Shown here: in pieces, positions 37,521-47,454 of the stretch
Position numbering within the stretch: position 1 is the stretch's first letter
Layout: each line of letters starts with the position of its first letter
Origin: an archaeon GW2011_AR15
GTDB taxonomy: Archaea > Nanobdellota > Nanobdellia > Woesearchaeales > GW2011-AR15
Length of the DNA: 64,000 bases
Direction: 5' to 3'
Assembly: GCA_000830295.1 (NCBI GenBank)
Contig: CP010425.1
Span: forward strand, 416,001 to 480,000
The notes under the pieces: generated by a model
The model's database searches: none
What the model was told of the DNA's origin: nothing
What the model saw: the letters and a program-made list of their open reading frames with translations, nothing else
Translations under genes and position numbers: made by a program

Positions 37521-37552
37521 AATATAAATATGATTTCACCTTCTGTTTGCCC

Positions 37553-38227
37553 ATGAAGACCTTTATTGTTATTGCCGCATTCAATGAGGAAAAGAAGATA
37601 GGAAAAGTCCTTGACAGTCTTCTGGCGGAAAAATGCGGAAATATTGTTGTTGTGGATGACGGCTCTGCAGACAACACAGCAAAAATTGCTGAATCAAAAA
37701 AAGTCCATGTGCTGAAGCATTCCCTTAACCGGGGGCAGGGCGCTGCGCTTAAGACGGGCATTGATTATGCCCTGCAGGAAGGCGCTGATATTATCGTGAC
37801 ATATGACGCAGACGGCCAGTTTCTCCCTGAAGATATAGAAAAGGTTGTTGCGCCTGTAAAAAGAAAAGAAGCTGATATTGTCCTTGGCTCAAGATTCCTC
37901 GGAAAGGCAGTCAACATGCCGTTTTCAAAAAAGATTGTGCTGAAGCTCGGTGTCCTTGTCGTTTTACTGCTTTACAGGATCAAGATAACAGACTCGCAGT
38001 CAGGGTTCAGGGCACTGTCAAGAAAGGCAGCGGAAAAGATAAAGCTCACAACAGACAGGATGGAGCACGCCTCTGAATTTTTCTGGGAGATAATGAGGAA
38101 CAGACTTAAATACAAAGAGGTCCCCATAACTGTAATATATGATGACTATTCCATTTCCAAAGGCCAGAAATGGACAAAGAGCATAGAATTGGGCCTGAAG
38201 ATGCTGTTCAGGAGGTTTTTGATGTAA
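37553..38227 (+). CDS. GT2 polyprenol-phosphate glycosyltransferase (DPM1-like)
   Basis: AFNEE, VDDGSAD, NRGQGAAL, DADGQ, DSQSGFRA. Confidence 0.92.
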   Translation: MKTFIVIAAFNEEKKIGKVLDSLLAEKCGNIVVVDDGSADNTAKIAESKKVHVLKHSLNRGQGAALKTGIDYALQEGADIIVTYDADGQFLPEDIEKVVAPVKRKEADIVLGSRFLGKAVNMPFSKKIVLKLGVLVVLLLYRIKITDSQSGFRALSRKAAEKIKLTTDRMEHASEFFWEIMRNRLKYKEVPITVIYDDYSISKGQKWTKSIELGLKMLFRRFLM

Positions 38228-38228
38228 A

Positions 38229-38564
38229 ATGATAACAACAATACAGATAATCGTGCTTGTTTTTGTCGTGTTTGCCGCCAGCAGGGTAATACTGAGGGCC
38301 AAGGACAAAAAGATTTCAGTGACTGAGCTGTTCTTCTGGCTCGCTGTCTGGGCCGGGCTGACGGGTGTTGTTTTCTTTCCTGAGCTTACTGCCCCTGCTG
38401 CCGCGTTCCTCGGTGTAGGAAGGGGGATTGATGTAATAATATATATGAGCATCGGGCTGCTGTTCTATCTCATATTCAGGCTCTATGTGAAAATAGAAGA
38501 GCTGCAGCAGGACGTAACCGCTGTTGTAAGGAAGGAAGCAATAGACAGGAAGAAAAAGAAGTGA
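38229..38564 (+). CDS. DUF2304-family membrane protein
   Basis: 3 TM helices, FFP..GVGRG.D pattern; usual partner of DPM1-like GT2. Confidence 0.8.
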   Translation: MITTIQIIVLVFVVFAASRVILRAKDKKISVTELFFWLAVWAGLTGVVFFPELTAPAAAFLGVGRGIDVIIYMSIGLLFYLIFRLYVKIEELQQDVTAVVRKEAIDRKKKK

Positions 38565-38617
38565 TTGCTTTCTTTGAAACCATAATCTTTTAATTCATGC
38601 TGTCTTACCCGCTATCC

Positions 38618-39064
38618 ATGAAATGCCCATACTGCGGCTCTGAGAGAAGCAAGGTTGTTGACAAGAGAGAGACTGAAGAGGGTGCGGCAACAAGGAGAAG
38701 ACGGGAGTGCCTTGAGTGCGAAAAAAGGTACACAACTTATGAGAAGATTGAGACGGTAATCCTTACTGTAAGGAAAAAGAGCGGGGAGATTCAGGCATTT
38801 GACAGGAACAAGCTGAAAACTGGGATAATGAAAGCCTGCGAAAAGCGCCCGATATCCGCAGGGCAGATAGATGATATTGTATCTGATATTATTTTTCACC
38901 TGCGGAACAAGGAGAGCACTGAAATAACCTCGGCGCTGATAGGCAGGCTTGTAATGACACGGCTGAAAAAACTGGATAAGGTTGCATACATAAGATTCGC
39001 CTCTGTATATAAGGATTTCAAGGACCCTGAAGAATTCCAGGATGTTGTCAGCAAAGTGAAATAA
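38618..39064 (+). CDS. nrdR: Transcriptional repressor NrdR
   Basis: MKCPYCG..RRRREC..C.KRYTTYE, ATP cone, DKVAYIRFASVY. Confidence 0.95.
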   Translation: MKCPYCGSERSKVVDKRETEEGAATRRRRECLECEKRYTTYEKIETVILTVRKKSGEIQAFDRNKLKTGIMKACEKRPISAGQIDDIVSDIIFHLRNKESTEITSALIGRLVMTRLKKLDKVAYIRFASVYKDFKDPEEFQDVVSKVK

Positions 39065-39086
39065 AGTTCTGTTACCCTTACTTTTT

Positions 39087-39119
39087 CGAAAAACTTTATA
39101 AAGAATTAACAATTGTTAA
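39087..39119 (+). promoter_or_regulatory. BRE/TATA and perfect 14-bp palindromic operator of the HTH-suf operon
   Basis: CGAAAAACTTTATAAAG followed by TTAACAATTGTTAA (39106-39119). Confidence 0.7.
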
Positions 39120-39125
39120 CTTTTT

Positions 39126-39476
39126 ATGGATACTCCGCAGGAGATTGAGGTGTGGTTTATACTTCCCGGCCTGAGAAGGGAATTTGTGGTTGCCCTCAAA
39201 AGGCAGGGCATTGCGCAGAAAAAGATTGCCAGGCTGCTGAACATATCAGAGCCGGCAGTAAGCCAGTATCTCAGCAACAAGAGAGGGGCAACAACATTCA
39301 ATGATGCCCTCCATAAGGAGATAGACGCTTCTGCAGGAAAAATCATTGCAAAAAAGAGCGATTTCAGGACAGAGCTCCAGAAAATGCTCAGGATAATCAA
39401 GAAAACAAGGTTCATCTGCGGTGTCTGCCACGAGCATCTGGACACTGAGGATGACTGTGAAGTATGTTATGTATGA
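39126..39476 (+). CDS. Archaeal HTH transcriptional regulator with a C-terminal Cys motif
   Basis: PQE..LPGLRR, QKKIARLL.ISEPAVSQY...KRG, CGVCHEH..CEVC. Confidence 0.85.
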   Translation: MDTPQEIEVWFILPGLRREFVVALKRQGIAQKKIARLLNISEPAVSQYLSNKRGATTFNDALHKEIDASAGKIIAKKSDFRTELQKMLRIIKKTRFICGVCHEHLDTEDDCEVCYV

Positions 39477-39494
39477 AACCAGGAGGTTTTTAGT

Positions 39495-40256
39495 ATGTCA
39501 GAACTGAAGATTGAAAATTTGCATGTCAGCGTTGAAGGAAAAGAGATTCTTAAAGGCGTAAACCTAGTAATAAAGAAAGGGGAGATACACGCCCTGATGG
39601 GCCCGAACGGCTCAGGAAAGAGCACGCTGTCATTTGCGCTTATGGGCCACCCGAAGTATGAGATAACGGGCGGGAAAGTCACGCTGGACGGAAAGAACCT
39701 TTTTGAGATGGAAGTAGATGAGAGAGCCAAGGCAGGCCTCTTTCTAAGTTTCCAGTACCCGAGCGAAATCCCGGGGGTCTCGCTGGCAAATTTCCTGAGG
39801 ACTGCATACAATGAAGTGAAATACCCGGATTCTGAGAAAAAAGTCAATATTGTTGATTTCATGAAGCTGCTCTACGGGAAAATGGAGCTTTTGAAGATGG
39901 ACAAGGAGTTTGCAAAAAGGCATCTCAATGTAGGATTTTCAGGAGGGGAGAAGAAGAGGACTGAGATACTGCAGCTTGCAGTGCTTGAACCCAAGTTTGC
40001 AATCCTTGACGAGACAGATTCCGGGCTGGATGTTGACGCGCTGAGGGTTGTGGCAGCAGGAGTCAAAAAGCTTGTAGGCCCGCACCTGGGTGTGCTTGTG
40101 ATAACACACTACCAGAGGATACTGCACCACATCAAGCCGCATTTTGTCCACATACTTGTTGACGGAAAGATCGTGAAGTCCGGAGACTACAGGCTGGCTG
40201 AGGATGTTGAGAAGTCCGGATATGAAATCTATGAAAAAGAAAAGGTGGCTGCATAA
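39495..40256 (+). CDS. sufC: Fe-S assembly ATPase SufC
   Basis: [35 protein letters not shown]. Confidence 0.97.
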   Translation: MSELKIENLHVSVEGKEILKGVNLVIKKGEIHALMGPNGSGKSTLSFALMGHPKYEITGGKVTLDGKNLFEMEVDERAKAGLFLSFQYPSEIPGVSLANFLRTAYNEVKYPDSEKKVNIVDFMKLLYGKMELLKMDKEFAKRHLNVGFSGGEKKRTEILQLAVLEPKFAILDETDSGLDVDALRVVAAGVKKLVGPHLGVLVITHYQRILHHIKPHFVHILVDGKIVKSGDYRLAEDVEKSGYEIYEKEKVAA

Positions 40257-41671
40257 TGGCACAGGCAGATGCAGAAGAGGTAAAGAATTTCCTGGGAACT
40301 GAATACAGGTATGGGTTCAGCGACCCTGAGAAATTTGCATTCAGGACAGAAAAAGGACTGAGTGAAAAAGTTGTAAGGCAGATCTCAAAAATAAAGAAAG
40401 AGCCTGAGTGGGTGACGGATATGAGGGTAAGGGCCTATAAGCATTTCATGGAAAGACCTATGCCGAAATGGGGGGCTGACCTGAGCACAATAGATTTCGA
40501 CAATATATATTATTACGGCAAGCCTGAGGGAGAGCAGACAAAGGATTGGGACAAAGTCCCACAGGACATCAAAAAGACATTTGACAGGCTTGGGATTCCT
40601 GAAGCAGAGAAAAAATTCCTGGCAGGTGTCGGAGCGCAGTATGAATCAGAAGTTGTATACCATAATCTAAGAAAAGATCTTGAGAAGAAAGGCGTCATCT
40701 TCCTTGACATGGACGGCGGGCTTAGGGAGCATCCGGAAATTGTGAAGAAATGGTTTGGCAAGATAATACCTTTCAACGACAATAAGTTTTCAGCCTTAAA
40801 CACTGCTGTCTGGTCCGGCGGCTCATTCATCTATATCCCTCCGGGAGTCAGGGTGGACCTTCCGCTGCAGGCGTATTTCAGGATAAATGCAAAAAACATC
40901 GGGCAGTTCGAGAGGACACTGATAATCGCTGACAAGGGCTCATATGTCCATTATGTAGAGGGATGCACTGCGCCTGTATACAGCACAGACTCGCTGCACT
41001 GCGCAGTGGTTGAGCTTGCCGCGCTTGAAGGGGCCACAATAAGATACACTACAATCCAGAACTGGTCCTCAAATGTATACAACCTTGTTACAAAGAGGGC
41101 TTTCGCTTACAAGAACGCAAGGGTCGAATGGATCGACGGGAACCTTGGAAGCAAGATAACCATGAAATATCCGGGAGTTGTGCTGCTTGGCGAGCACGCG
41201 CATGGCGAAGTCATTTCAGTTGCGTTTGCAGGAAAAGGCCAGCATCAGGATGCGGGCGCAAAAATAACCCACCTCGCCCCAAATACTACCTCACAGATAA
41301 TCTCCAAGTCTGTTTCAAAGGACGGCGGAAGGACAACATACAGAGGGCTGCTGAGGGTTGCAAAGGGATGCAAGAATGTGAAAAGCTCTGTTGTCTGCGA
41401 CGCACTGATACTGGATCCGAAATCTGCAACAGACACTGTCCCTTATATGGAAGTGGAAGAGAAAGATGTTTCAATAGGACATGAGGCCTCTGTCGGCCGT
41501 GTCTCAGAAGAGCAGTTGTTCTATCTGATGAGCAGGGGCTATAGCGAAGAGCATGCCCTCGGCATGATTGTAAGGGGATTCATGGATGCCTTCGTAAGGG
41601 AGCTTCCGATGGAATATGCTGTCGAGCTTAACAGGCTGATTGAGCTGAACATGGAAGGCTCTGTAGGATAA
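40256..41671 (+). CDS. sufB: Fe-S assembly protein SufB
   Basis: [38 protein letters not shown]. Confidence 0.97.
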   Translation: MAQADAEEVKNFLGTEYRYGFSDPEKFAFRTEKGLSEKVVRQISKIKKEPEWVTDMRVRAYKHFMERPMPKWGADLSTIDFDNIYYYGKPEGEQTKDWDKVPQDIKKTFDRLGIPEAEKKFLAGVGAQYESEVVYHNLRKDLEKKGVIFLDMDGGLREHPEIVKKWFGKIIPFNDNKFSALNTAVWSGGSFIYIPPGVRVDLPLQAYFRINAKNIGQFERTLIIADKGSYVHYVEGCTAPVYSTDSLHCAVVELAALEGATIRYTTIQNWSSNVYNLVTKRAFAYKNARVEWIDGNLGSKITMKYPGVVLLGEHAHGEVISVAFAGKGQHQDAGAKITHLAPNTTSQIISKSVSKDGGRTTYRGLLRVAKGCKNVKSSVVCDALILDPKSATDTVPYMEVEEKDVSIGHEASVGRVSEEQLFYLMSRGYSEEHALGMIVRGFMDAFVRELPMEYAVELNRLIELNMEGSVG

Positions 41672-41673
41672 AA

Positions 41674-42834
41674 ATGAAAGGAAAAAGCACAGAAGGAAAA
41701 AGAACTGAGGCACTGAGCATTTTCCAGAAGCTTCCGATGCCCTCACCCAAAGAAGAAAGCTGGAAATATACTGACGTGCGTGACCTTAATCTCCAGGAAT
41801 TCGGCCCGGCCGCCCAGAAAATAGAATTTCCCGGCCTAAGTGATGAGCTTAAAGAAAAAGGCGTTATTTTTACTGACATAAAAACAGCAGTGGAAAAGCA
41901 TAAAGAGCTGATGGAAGACCATGAGCCGCTTTCCCTTATCTCCCCTGAAGAAGACAAGTTCACTGCAATGCACGGTGCATTCTGGAATGACGGCGTGTTC
42001 ATCTACGTGCCGAGGAATGTCTCCCTTAAGATGCCGCTGAGGAATATTTTCAGAGGAAGCGGAAGCGGCGGAGTGTTTTCGCATACTCTCATCATTCTTG
42101 AAGAGGGCGCAGGTATAGATTATATTGAAGAGCACTACTCAGAAAAATTTGAAGGTGTGTGCCTGAGGAATGATGCTGTTGAGATCTTTGCAGGGCCAAA
42201 TTCCCGCATAACCTTCCACAATTTCCAGAAATGGGAAGATAATGTGATGAACTTCACTTACTGGAAAGCCCGGCTTGCAAAAGACGCAAGGGTAAACTGG
42301 ATACTTGGGCAGTTCGGCGGAAAATTCAGCAGGGTAAAAATAGATTCTTTCTTCGACGGCCCGGGCTCAGAGTCAAAAAACCTTGGCGTTTTTTACGGAA
42401 GCGGGGAGCAGCACTTTGATTTCACTACAAATGTCCACCATCTTGTTCCAAATACAACAGCAGACATACTTATGAAGGGTGTGCTGGACGGGAAGGCAAG
42501 CTCTGTCTACAGGGGAAAGATAAAGATAGCCAAAATCGCGCAGGGCACAAATTCTTATCTTTCAGACCATTCGCTCATCCTCAGCAATGGCGCGGTTTCG
42601 CATTCAATACCCTCTCTTGAAATAGACGCGAATGATGTAAAGGCAAGCCACGGCGCAACACTAGGCAAGCCGGATGAGGAGGAGATATTCTATCTCATGA
42701 GCAGGGGCTTAAGGAGAAAAGAAGCAGAGAGACAGATAATTTTAGGCTATTTTTCTCCTGTAACAGATAATATCATGTTTGATGATCTCAGAGAGAAATT
42801 CAACGAGGCACTGCATGACAAGGTTAGAGGATAA
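41674..42834 (+). CDS. sufD: Fe-S assembly protein SufD
   Basis: EESWKYT, PSLEIDANDVKASHGAT, FYLMSRG. Confidence 0.93.
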   Translation: MKGKSTEGKRTEALSIFQKLPMPSPKEESWKYTDVRDLNLQEFGPAAQKIEFPGLSDELKEKGVIFTDIKTAVEKHKELMEDHEPLSLISPEEDKFTAMHGAFWNDGVFIYVPRNVSLKMPLRNIFRGSGSGGVFSHTLIILEEGAGIDYIEEHYSEKFEGVCLRNDAVEIFAGPNSRITFHNFQKWEDNVMNFTYWKARLAKDARVNWILGQFGGKFSRVKIDSFFDGPGSESKNLGVFYGSGEQHFDFTTNVHHLVPNTTADILMKGVLDGKASSVYRGKIKIAKIAQGTNSYLSDHSLILSNGAVSHSIPSLEIDANDVKASHGATLGKPDEEEIFYLMSRGLRRKEAERQIILGYFSPVTDNIMFDDLREKFNEALHDKVRG

Positions 42835-42841
42835 GATAAAT

Positions 42842-44074
42842 ATGTATGATGTAAAAAAGATCAGGGGAGATTTTCCGATACTGAAAAGAACAGTCCATGG
42901 AAAGCCACTTGTTTACCTTGACAATGCAGCAACCACACAAAAGCCAAAACAGGTAATAGATACTATTTCTGATTACTATACGCAGCATAATGCAAATATA
43001 CACAGGGGCCTGCATACGCTTTCGCAGGAAGCCTCTGACATGTATGACAATGCCCATGTCCTTCTGGGGAAATTTGTCAATGCAAGATATCCAATGGAAG
43101 AAACAATCTTCATAAGGAACGCAACAGAGGGGCTCAATCTTGTTGCGAATGCGTGGGGAAGGTATAACCTGAAAGAAGGAGATGAAATTGTAAGCACAGA
43201 GATGGAGCATCATTCTAATATTGTGCCCTGGCAACTGCTGAAGGAGGAAATGGGTGCTAAGCTTAAGTTTGTGAATGTAAGGGAAGACGGCACCCTTGAT
43301 ATGGAAGACCTCAGAAAGAAAATGTGCAGCAGAACTAAGATTGTTGCATGCGTCTATGCATCCAACATGCTCGGTACAATAAATCCTGTTAAAGAGATTG
43401 GCAAGATTGCGCATAAGTATGGTGCATTGTTTGTTGTGGATGCTGCGCAGGCTGTCCCCCATATGCCGGTTGATGTGCAGGAGATTGGCGCTGATTTTAT
43501 GGCCTTTTCAGGGCACAAGATGCTTGGGCCGACAGGCATAGGGGTATTGTACGGGAAAAAAGAGCTTTTGGAAAAAATGCACCCGTATATGGCCGGGGGA
43601 GATATGATAAGCGAAGTGAAGCTTGAAGGCTCAAAATGGAATATTCTGCCGTGGAAATTTGAGGCAGGGACGCCAAATATTGCAGGAGGAATTGCCCTGG
43701 CGGCTGCAGTGGAATATCTTAATGCATTGGGCATGAAAAATGTAAGGGCCCACGAAAAGGAGCTTATTGGATACGGGATTGAAACGCTTTCCAAAATTGC
43801 AGGGGTTGAGATATACGGGCCTCTTAATACCGATATAAGAGGCGGCGTGCTTACGTTTAACATAAAGGGGATTGACCCGGCTGATGTGGCGGCTGTGCTG
43901 GACAGTGAATACGGAATTGCAATAAGAACCGGCCATCACTGCGCACAACCCATCACCGAAAAGTTCGGGCTGAAATCCACGTGCAGAGCAAGCTTTTATG
44001 TATATAACACAAAAGAAGAAATTGATTTCCTTGCCAGTTCGCTTAAAAAAGTGAAGGATATTTTCAGAAAATAA
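42842..44074 (+). CDS. sufS: Cysteine desulfurase SufS
   Basis: YLDNAATTQKP, SGHKMLGPTG, RTGHHCAQP. Confidence 0.97.
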   Translation: MYDVKKIRGDFPILKRTVHGKPLVYLDNAATTQKPKQVIDTISDYYTQHNANIHRGLHTLSQEASDMYDNAHVLLGKFVNARYPMEETIFIRNATEGLNLVANAWGRYNLKEGDEIVSTEMEHHSNIVPWQLLKEEMGAKLKFVNVREDGTLDMEDLRKKMCSRTKIVACVYASNMLGTINPVKEIGKIAHKYGALFVVDAAQAVPHMPVDVQEIGADFMAFSGHKMLGPTGIGVLYGKKELLEKMHPYMAGGDMISEVKLEGSKWNILPWKFEAGTPNIAGGIALAAAVEYLNALGMKNVRAHEKELIGYGIETLSKIAGVEIYGPLNTDIRGGVLTFNIKGIDPADVAAVLDSEYGIAIRTGHHCAQPITEKFGLKSTCRASFYVYNTKEEIDFLASSLKKVKDIFRK

Positions 44075-45031
44075 TCAGTTCCCTATAATCCTGTCGTATA
44101 TTTTTCTTGCTTCTGTTTCATTCTCTGCCTTCACAAGCGCCCTTCCGTCTTCAAAGAGGGTTATACTGCCAAAATGAAGCAGGCCGTTAAACATTTTCAC
44201 TTCACCAAGTTTTTTCAGATTCTTTTCAACTGCAGCAAGGTCTTTTTTCCGCCCCCTTATCTGGTAGCTTCCCTTTTCGCACATCCTTACAAGAGAAGAT
44301 TTCCTTTCTCCTGAAAGATATTCATATTTTCCTGTGCAGGCCGGACAGTCCTTATTCTGCGCTACCTTTATCTTTGAAAAATCATTTTTCCAGAAATCTA
44401 TTCTGACAAGGTTTTTCTCATAGTCTTTCCCAAGAATGATTTTAATTGCCTCGTTTGACATTATGGCTGCAACCGCTGCTGTATTTGCGTTGAGCACCCC
44501 GACAGTGTCACATGTCTCCTCTGTGCTTCCTTTGAAAATGCACCGCAAGCACGCGCCTCCGTGTACTACATTAAATACATAACCCCTGTCTGAAACAGCC
44601 CCGCCGTAGACAAATGGGATTTTGTTTTTGAGGGCATAGTCATTAAGCAGAAACCTGCTTTCCATGTTATCTGTGCAGCCGAGAATTATGTCGGGGTTTC
44701 CTATCCCGCTGATATTTTCGAAAGTCATGTCGATATTCTTTGCTGTTATTTTTACTTCAGCATTTATTTTTCTCAGTTTCTCTGCTGCTGTTTCTGCTTT
44801 TAGTTTTCCGATGTCGGATTCATCAAACAATGACTGCCGCTGCAGGTTATTCAGCTCTATAAAATCCCGGTCTATAAGTATAAGGTTGCCGACGCCTGCC
44901 CTTGCCAAAAGTTCTGCCGCGACTGTTCCCAGTGCCCCCATCCCAACAACAGAAACTGTGCTTTCAGAAATTTTTTTCTGGCCGGCTTTACCTATGTTCC
45001 TGTACAGCTCCTGTCTTGAATATCTGTCCAT
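44075..45031 (-). CDS. ubaA: ThiF/MoeB/UbaA E1-like adenylyltransferase
   Basis: RYSRQ, GMGALG, NNLQRQ, CLRC, CDTVGV, CPAC; ATG 45031. Confidence 0.92.
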   Translation of the reverse strand: MDRYSRQELYRNIGKAGQKKISESTVSVVGMGALGTVAAELLARAGVGNLILIDRDFIELNNLQRQSLFDESDIGKLKAETAAEKLRKINAEVKITAKNIDMTFENISGIGNPDIILGCTDNMESRFLLNDYALKNKIPFVYGGAVSDRGYVFNVVHGGACLRCIFKGSTEETCDTVGVLNANTAAVAAIMSNEAIKIILGKDYEKNLVRIDFWKNDFSKIKVAQNKDCPACTGKYEYLSGERKSSLVRMCEKGSYQIRGRKKDLAAVEKNLKKLGEVKMFNGLLHFGSITLFEDGRALVKAENETEARKIYDRIIGN

Positions 45032-45104
45032 GCCGCAATGGAAAGCCGGCATGCTTTTTAATATATTGGATAGTTTTAAGAAGACTTTTGGATTCTTTTG
45101 ATTC

Positions 45105-45299
45105 ATGGATGTGTTTATTGACAAGGACAACAGGGAAATGAAAATAGAGTTCACTGGGGATGTAAAGGGCCTTCTTGAAAAGTTGAAAATAAACCCGGAA
45201 ACCGTGATTGTTGTAAGGGATGATGAGCTGCTGACAGATGATGTTGTGCTGAAGAATAATGATAAGATAAAAGTACTGAGCGTAATAAGCGGTGGATAG
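45105..45299 (+). CDS. Ubiquitin-like sulfur carrier (SAMP/ThiS/TtuB)
   Basis: 64 aa ending VISGG; abuts ttuA. Confidence 0.9.
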   Translation: MDVFIDKDNREMKIEFTGDVKGLLEKLKINPETVIVVRDDELLTDDVVLKNNDKIKVLSVISGG

Positions 45300-46175
45300 A
45301 TGAAATGCGGCCTTTGTGAGAAAAATGCAGTATTCGGGAATCCTGCATACTGCAAAGAGCATTTTTGCGGTTATATTGAGAAAAAAGTTCTTGGGACAAT
45401 AGAGAAATACAATCTTATAGAAAAGGGGCAGAAGGTCGCTGTCGCGGCATCTGGCGGAAAGGATTCACTGAGTGTTCTATATATTCTGAACAAATACGGT
45501 TATGGTGTAACCGCGCTGGCGATTGATGAGGGAATAAGCGGGTACAGAGACAGAACTTTGGCTACATTAAAAAAAATCTGCGGGGCGCATAAAATAAAGC
45601 TGAGAATCGTGAGTTTCAAGGGAAAATTCAGCAAATCGCTTGATGAGATACTATTCACAAACAGAGAGCGGCCGTGCACTGTGTGCGGCGTTTTCAGGCG
45701 ATACCTGCTTAACCTGCATGCAAGGGACTATGACGTGCTTGCCACAGGGCATAATATGGATGATGAAGCACAGGTTACACTAATGAATCTTATCAAAAAC
45801 AACCTTTCTGCAATGCAGAGGATGGGCCCGAGTGCCGGTGTTGTTTCCTCGGAAAAATTTACCAGACGGGTAAAGCCGCTGTATTTCTGCACTGAAAAAG
45901 AGATTATGACTTATGCCTTCATAAATAAGCTGACTGCAGATTTCAACGAATGCCCCAATGTGAGCAGGGCTTTCAGGCTTAGGGTCAGGGATATGCTGAA
46001 TGAGATTGAGCAGGAAGTTCCCGGCGCAAAAAAGAATCTCATTGAATGGTCGCTGAAAAGCAAAACCGGAATGAAGACAGGCGAAGAGGGCTTGAGAGAA
46101 TGCCGGGCCTGCGGCGAGCTTTCATCGGCTGACGTCTGCATGGCCTGCAGATATATGGAAAAAATAAGTGTATAA
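45300..46175 (+). CDS. ttuA: tRNA 2-thiolation protein TtuA/NcsA
   Basis: SGGKDS PP-loop, CTVC, TGHNMDDE, ECP, terminal Zn fingers. Confidence 0.93.
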   Translation: MKCGLCEKNAVFGNPAYCKEHFCGYIEKKVLGTIEKYNLIEKGQKVAVAASGGKDSLSVLYILNKYGYGVTALAIDEGISGYRDRTLATLKKICGAHKIKLRIVSFKGKFSKSLDEILFTNRERPCTVCGVFRRYLLNLHARDYDVLATGHNMDDEAQVTLMNLIKNNLSAMQRMGPSAGVVSSEKFTRRVKPLYFCTEKEIMTYAFINKLTADFNECPNVSRAFRLRVRDMLNEIEQEVPGAKKNLIEWSLKSKTGMKTGEEGLRECRACGELSSADVCMACRYMEKISV

Positions 46176-46176
46176 A

Positions 46177-46743
46177 ATGTTCATAGATGTATGCTTTCCA
46201 AAAAATAACGAAGAGGAATTCCTGAGAACTGCTGAGAGGCTTTCTATTGGTGGTTTGTGTTTTGTATATGGCGGGCAGGCAATGGGGCAGATAGTGCATG
46301 GCAAAATGCCGGTCTGGAGCGCCTCTTCCGGTGCTGCAAAAATCCCAGGTACATTATTCGGCCTTGTGCCCTTGTCAAGGAATATCTCAAAAGCAGGAAA
46401 GATTGTGTATTATTATATACCTGCAGAAGAAAAACCGCGGTTTCATTATCCGCTGAAAGAAATAAATCAGGTTGTCATGAAGGACCTGAAGATGCATGGC
46501 AGAATACTTGGGTTTTCATTTGCTTCTGTGCTTCATGGCTCTCCAAAGGATATTGAGAAAATAAGATTTGTTGCCGGATTGGCTGAAAAATATAAAGTAA
46601 AGACATTTTTTGCCTCTTTTGCCGCATCGCCCGAAGAATTGAGAAGTGAGAAAGAGATGCTCGGGGCTGCAAGAGCCATGAGGATGAAGTGCGGCATCGG
46701 GGTTCCTGAAGATTTTTTATCAGCAGACAACAAGAACTTTTAA
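46177..46743 (+). CDS. Divergent RNase P Rpp30-like protein
   Basis: AERL...LCF N-terminus, INQVVMK, ASFAASPEELRS pattern. Confidence 0.55.
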   Translation: MFIDVCFPKNNEEEFLRTAERLSIGGLCFVYGGQAMGQIVHGKMPVWSASSGAAKIPGTLFGLVPLSRNISKAGKIVYYYIPAEEKPRFHYPLKEINQVVMKDLKMHGRILGFSFASVLHGSPKDIEKIRFVAGLAEKYKVKTFFASFAASPEELRSEKEMLGAARAMRMKCGIGVPEDFLSADNKNF

Positions 46744-46768
46744 ATATGGTCTCTTTTTCCCTAAACAT

Positions 46769-47167
46769 ATGGATTACGACAAACTCCTTAAGAAAGCCAG
46801 GGAAAAGCTGCCTGACTCTGTTCTGAAGAAAGAGCGGTTTGAAGTGCCTAAGATAATGGGGCACCTGCAGGGAAACAAGACAGTGTTATCAAATTTCTCA
46901 CAGATAGCAACACATCTCAACAGGGATCCTGACTGGATGCTTAAGTATATACTGAAGGAGCTCGCAACACCCGGAGAGATGCAGAAAAACCTGGTTGTGC
47001 TTGGAAGGAAAGTCAGCGCATCAAACATAAATGAGAAAATAAGCGAGTTCGCCAGAAAATATGTCATATGCAAAGAATGCGGAAAGCCTGACACCAAAAT
47101 CAGCAGGCAGAACAGGATTATTTTCCTCAAGTGCAATGCCTGCGGGGCGCGATATCCTGCAATATGA
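46769..47167 (+). CDS. eif2b: Translation initiation factor aIF-2 beta
   Basis: ERFEVP, KELATPG, CKECGKPDT..CNACGA. Confidence 0.96.
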   Translation: MDYDKLLKKAREKLPDSVLKKERFEVPKIMGHLQGNKTVLSNFSQIATHLNRDPDWMLKYILKELATPGEMQKNLVVLGRKVSASNINEKISEFARKYVICKECGKPDTKISRQNRIIFLKCNACGARYPAI

Positions 47168-47454
47168 TCATAAAAAAACATGCCAGACAGGGAAAGCTTG
47201 TTCTTGCGATTTGCGACTCTGATATTCTTGGGAAATCATTTTCAGAAGGAGATGCTGTTCTCGACCTTAAATCCGAGTTCTACAAAGGTGAAAAGATGCC
47301 TGAGGAAAATATCCTGAAGCTTGTCAGGGTATGCTACATGATCAATGCTATCGGAAAAAAATCGACCGGGTTCCTGATAGAGAAAGAGATCATATCAAAA
47401 GAAGATATAAAAGAAATCGGCGGTGTTCCTTATACCCTTGTCCTTTTTGGCTAG
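47164..47454 (+). CDS. DUF424-family protein
   Basis: LAICDSDILGK, FYKGE, NAIGK, IGGVP. Confidence 0.85.
   Translation: MIIKKHARQGKLVLAICDSDILGKSFSEGDAVLDLKSEFYKGEKMPEENILKLVRVCYMINAIGKKSTGFLIEKEIISKEDIKEIGGVPYTLVLFG

Noticed and set aside
44075-45355. 426-aa extended ThiF ORF (similar 5' extensions for DP2, cdc6, Rpp29 and vapC)
   Set aside because: The extensions overlap neighbouring genes or promoters; downstream ATGs match the family N-termini
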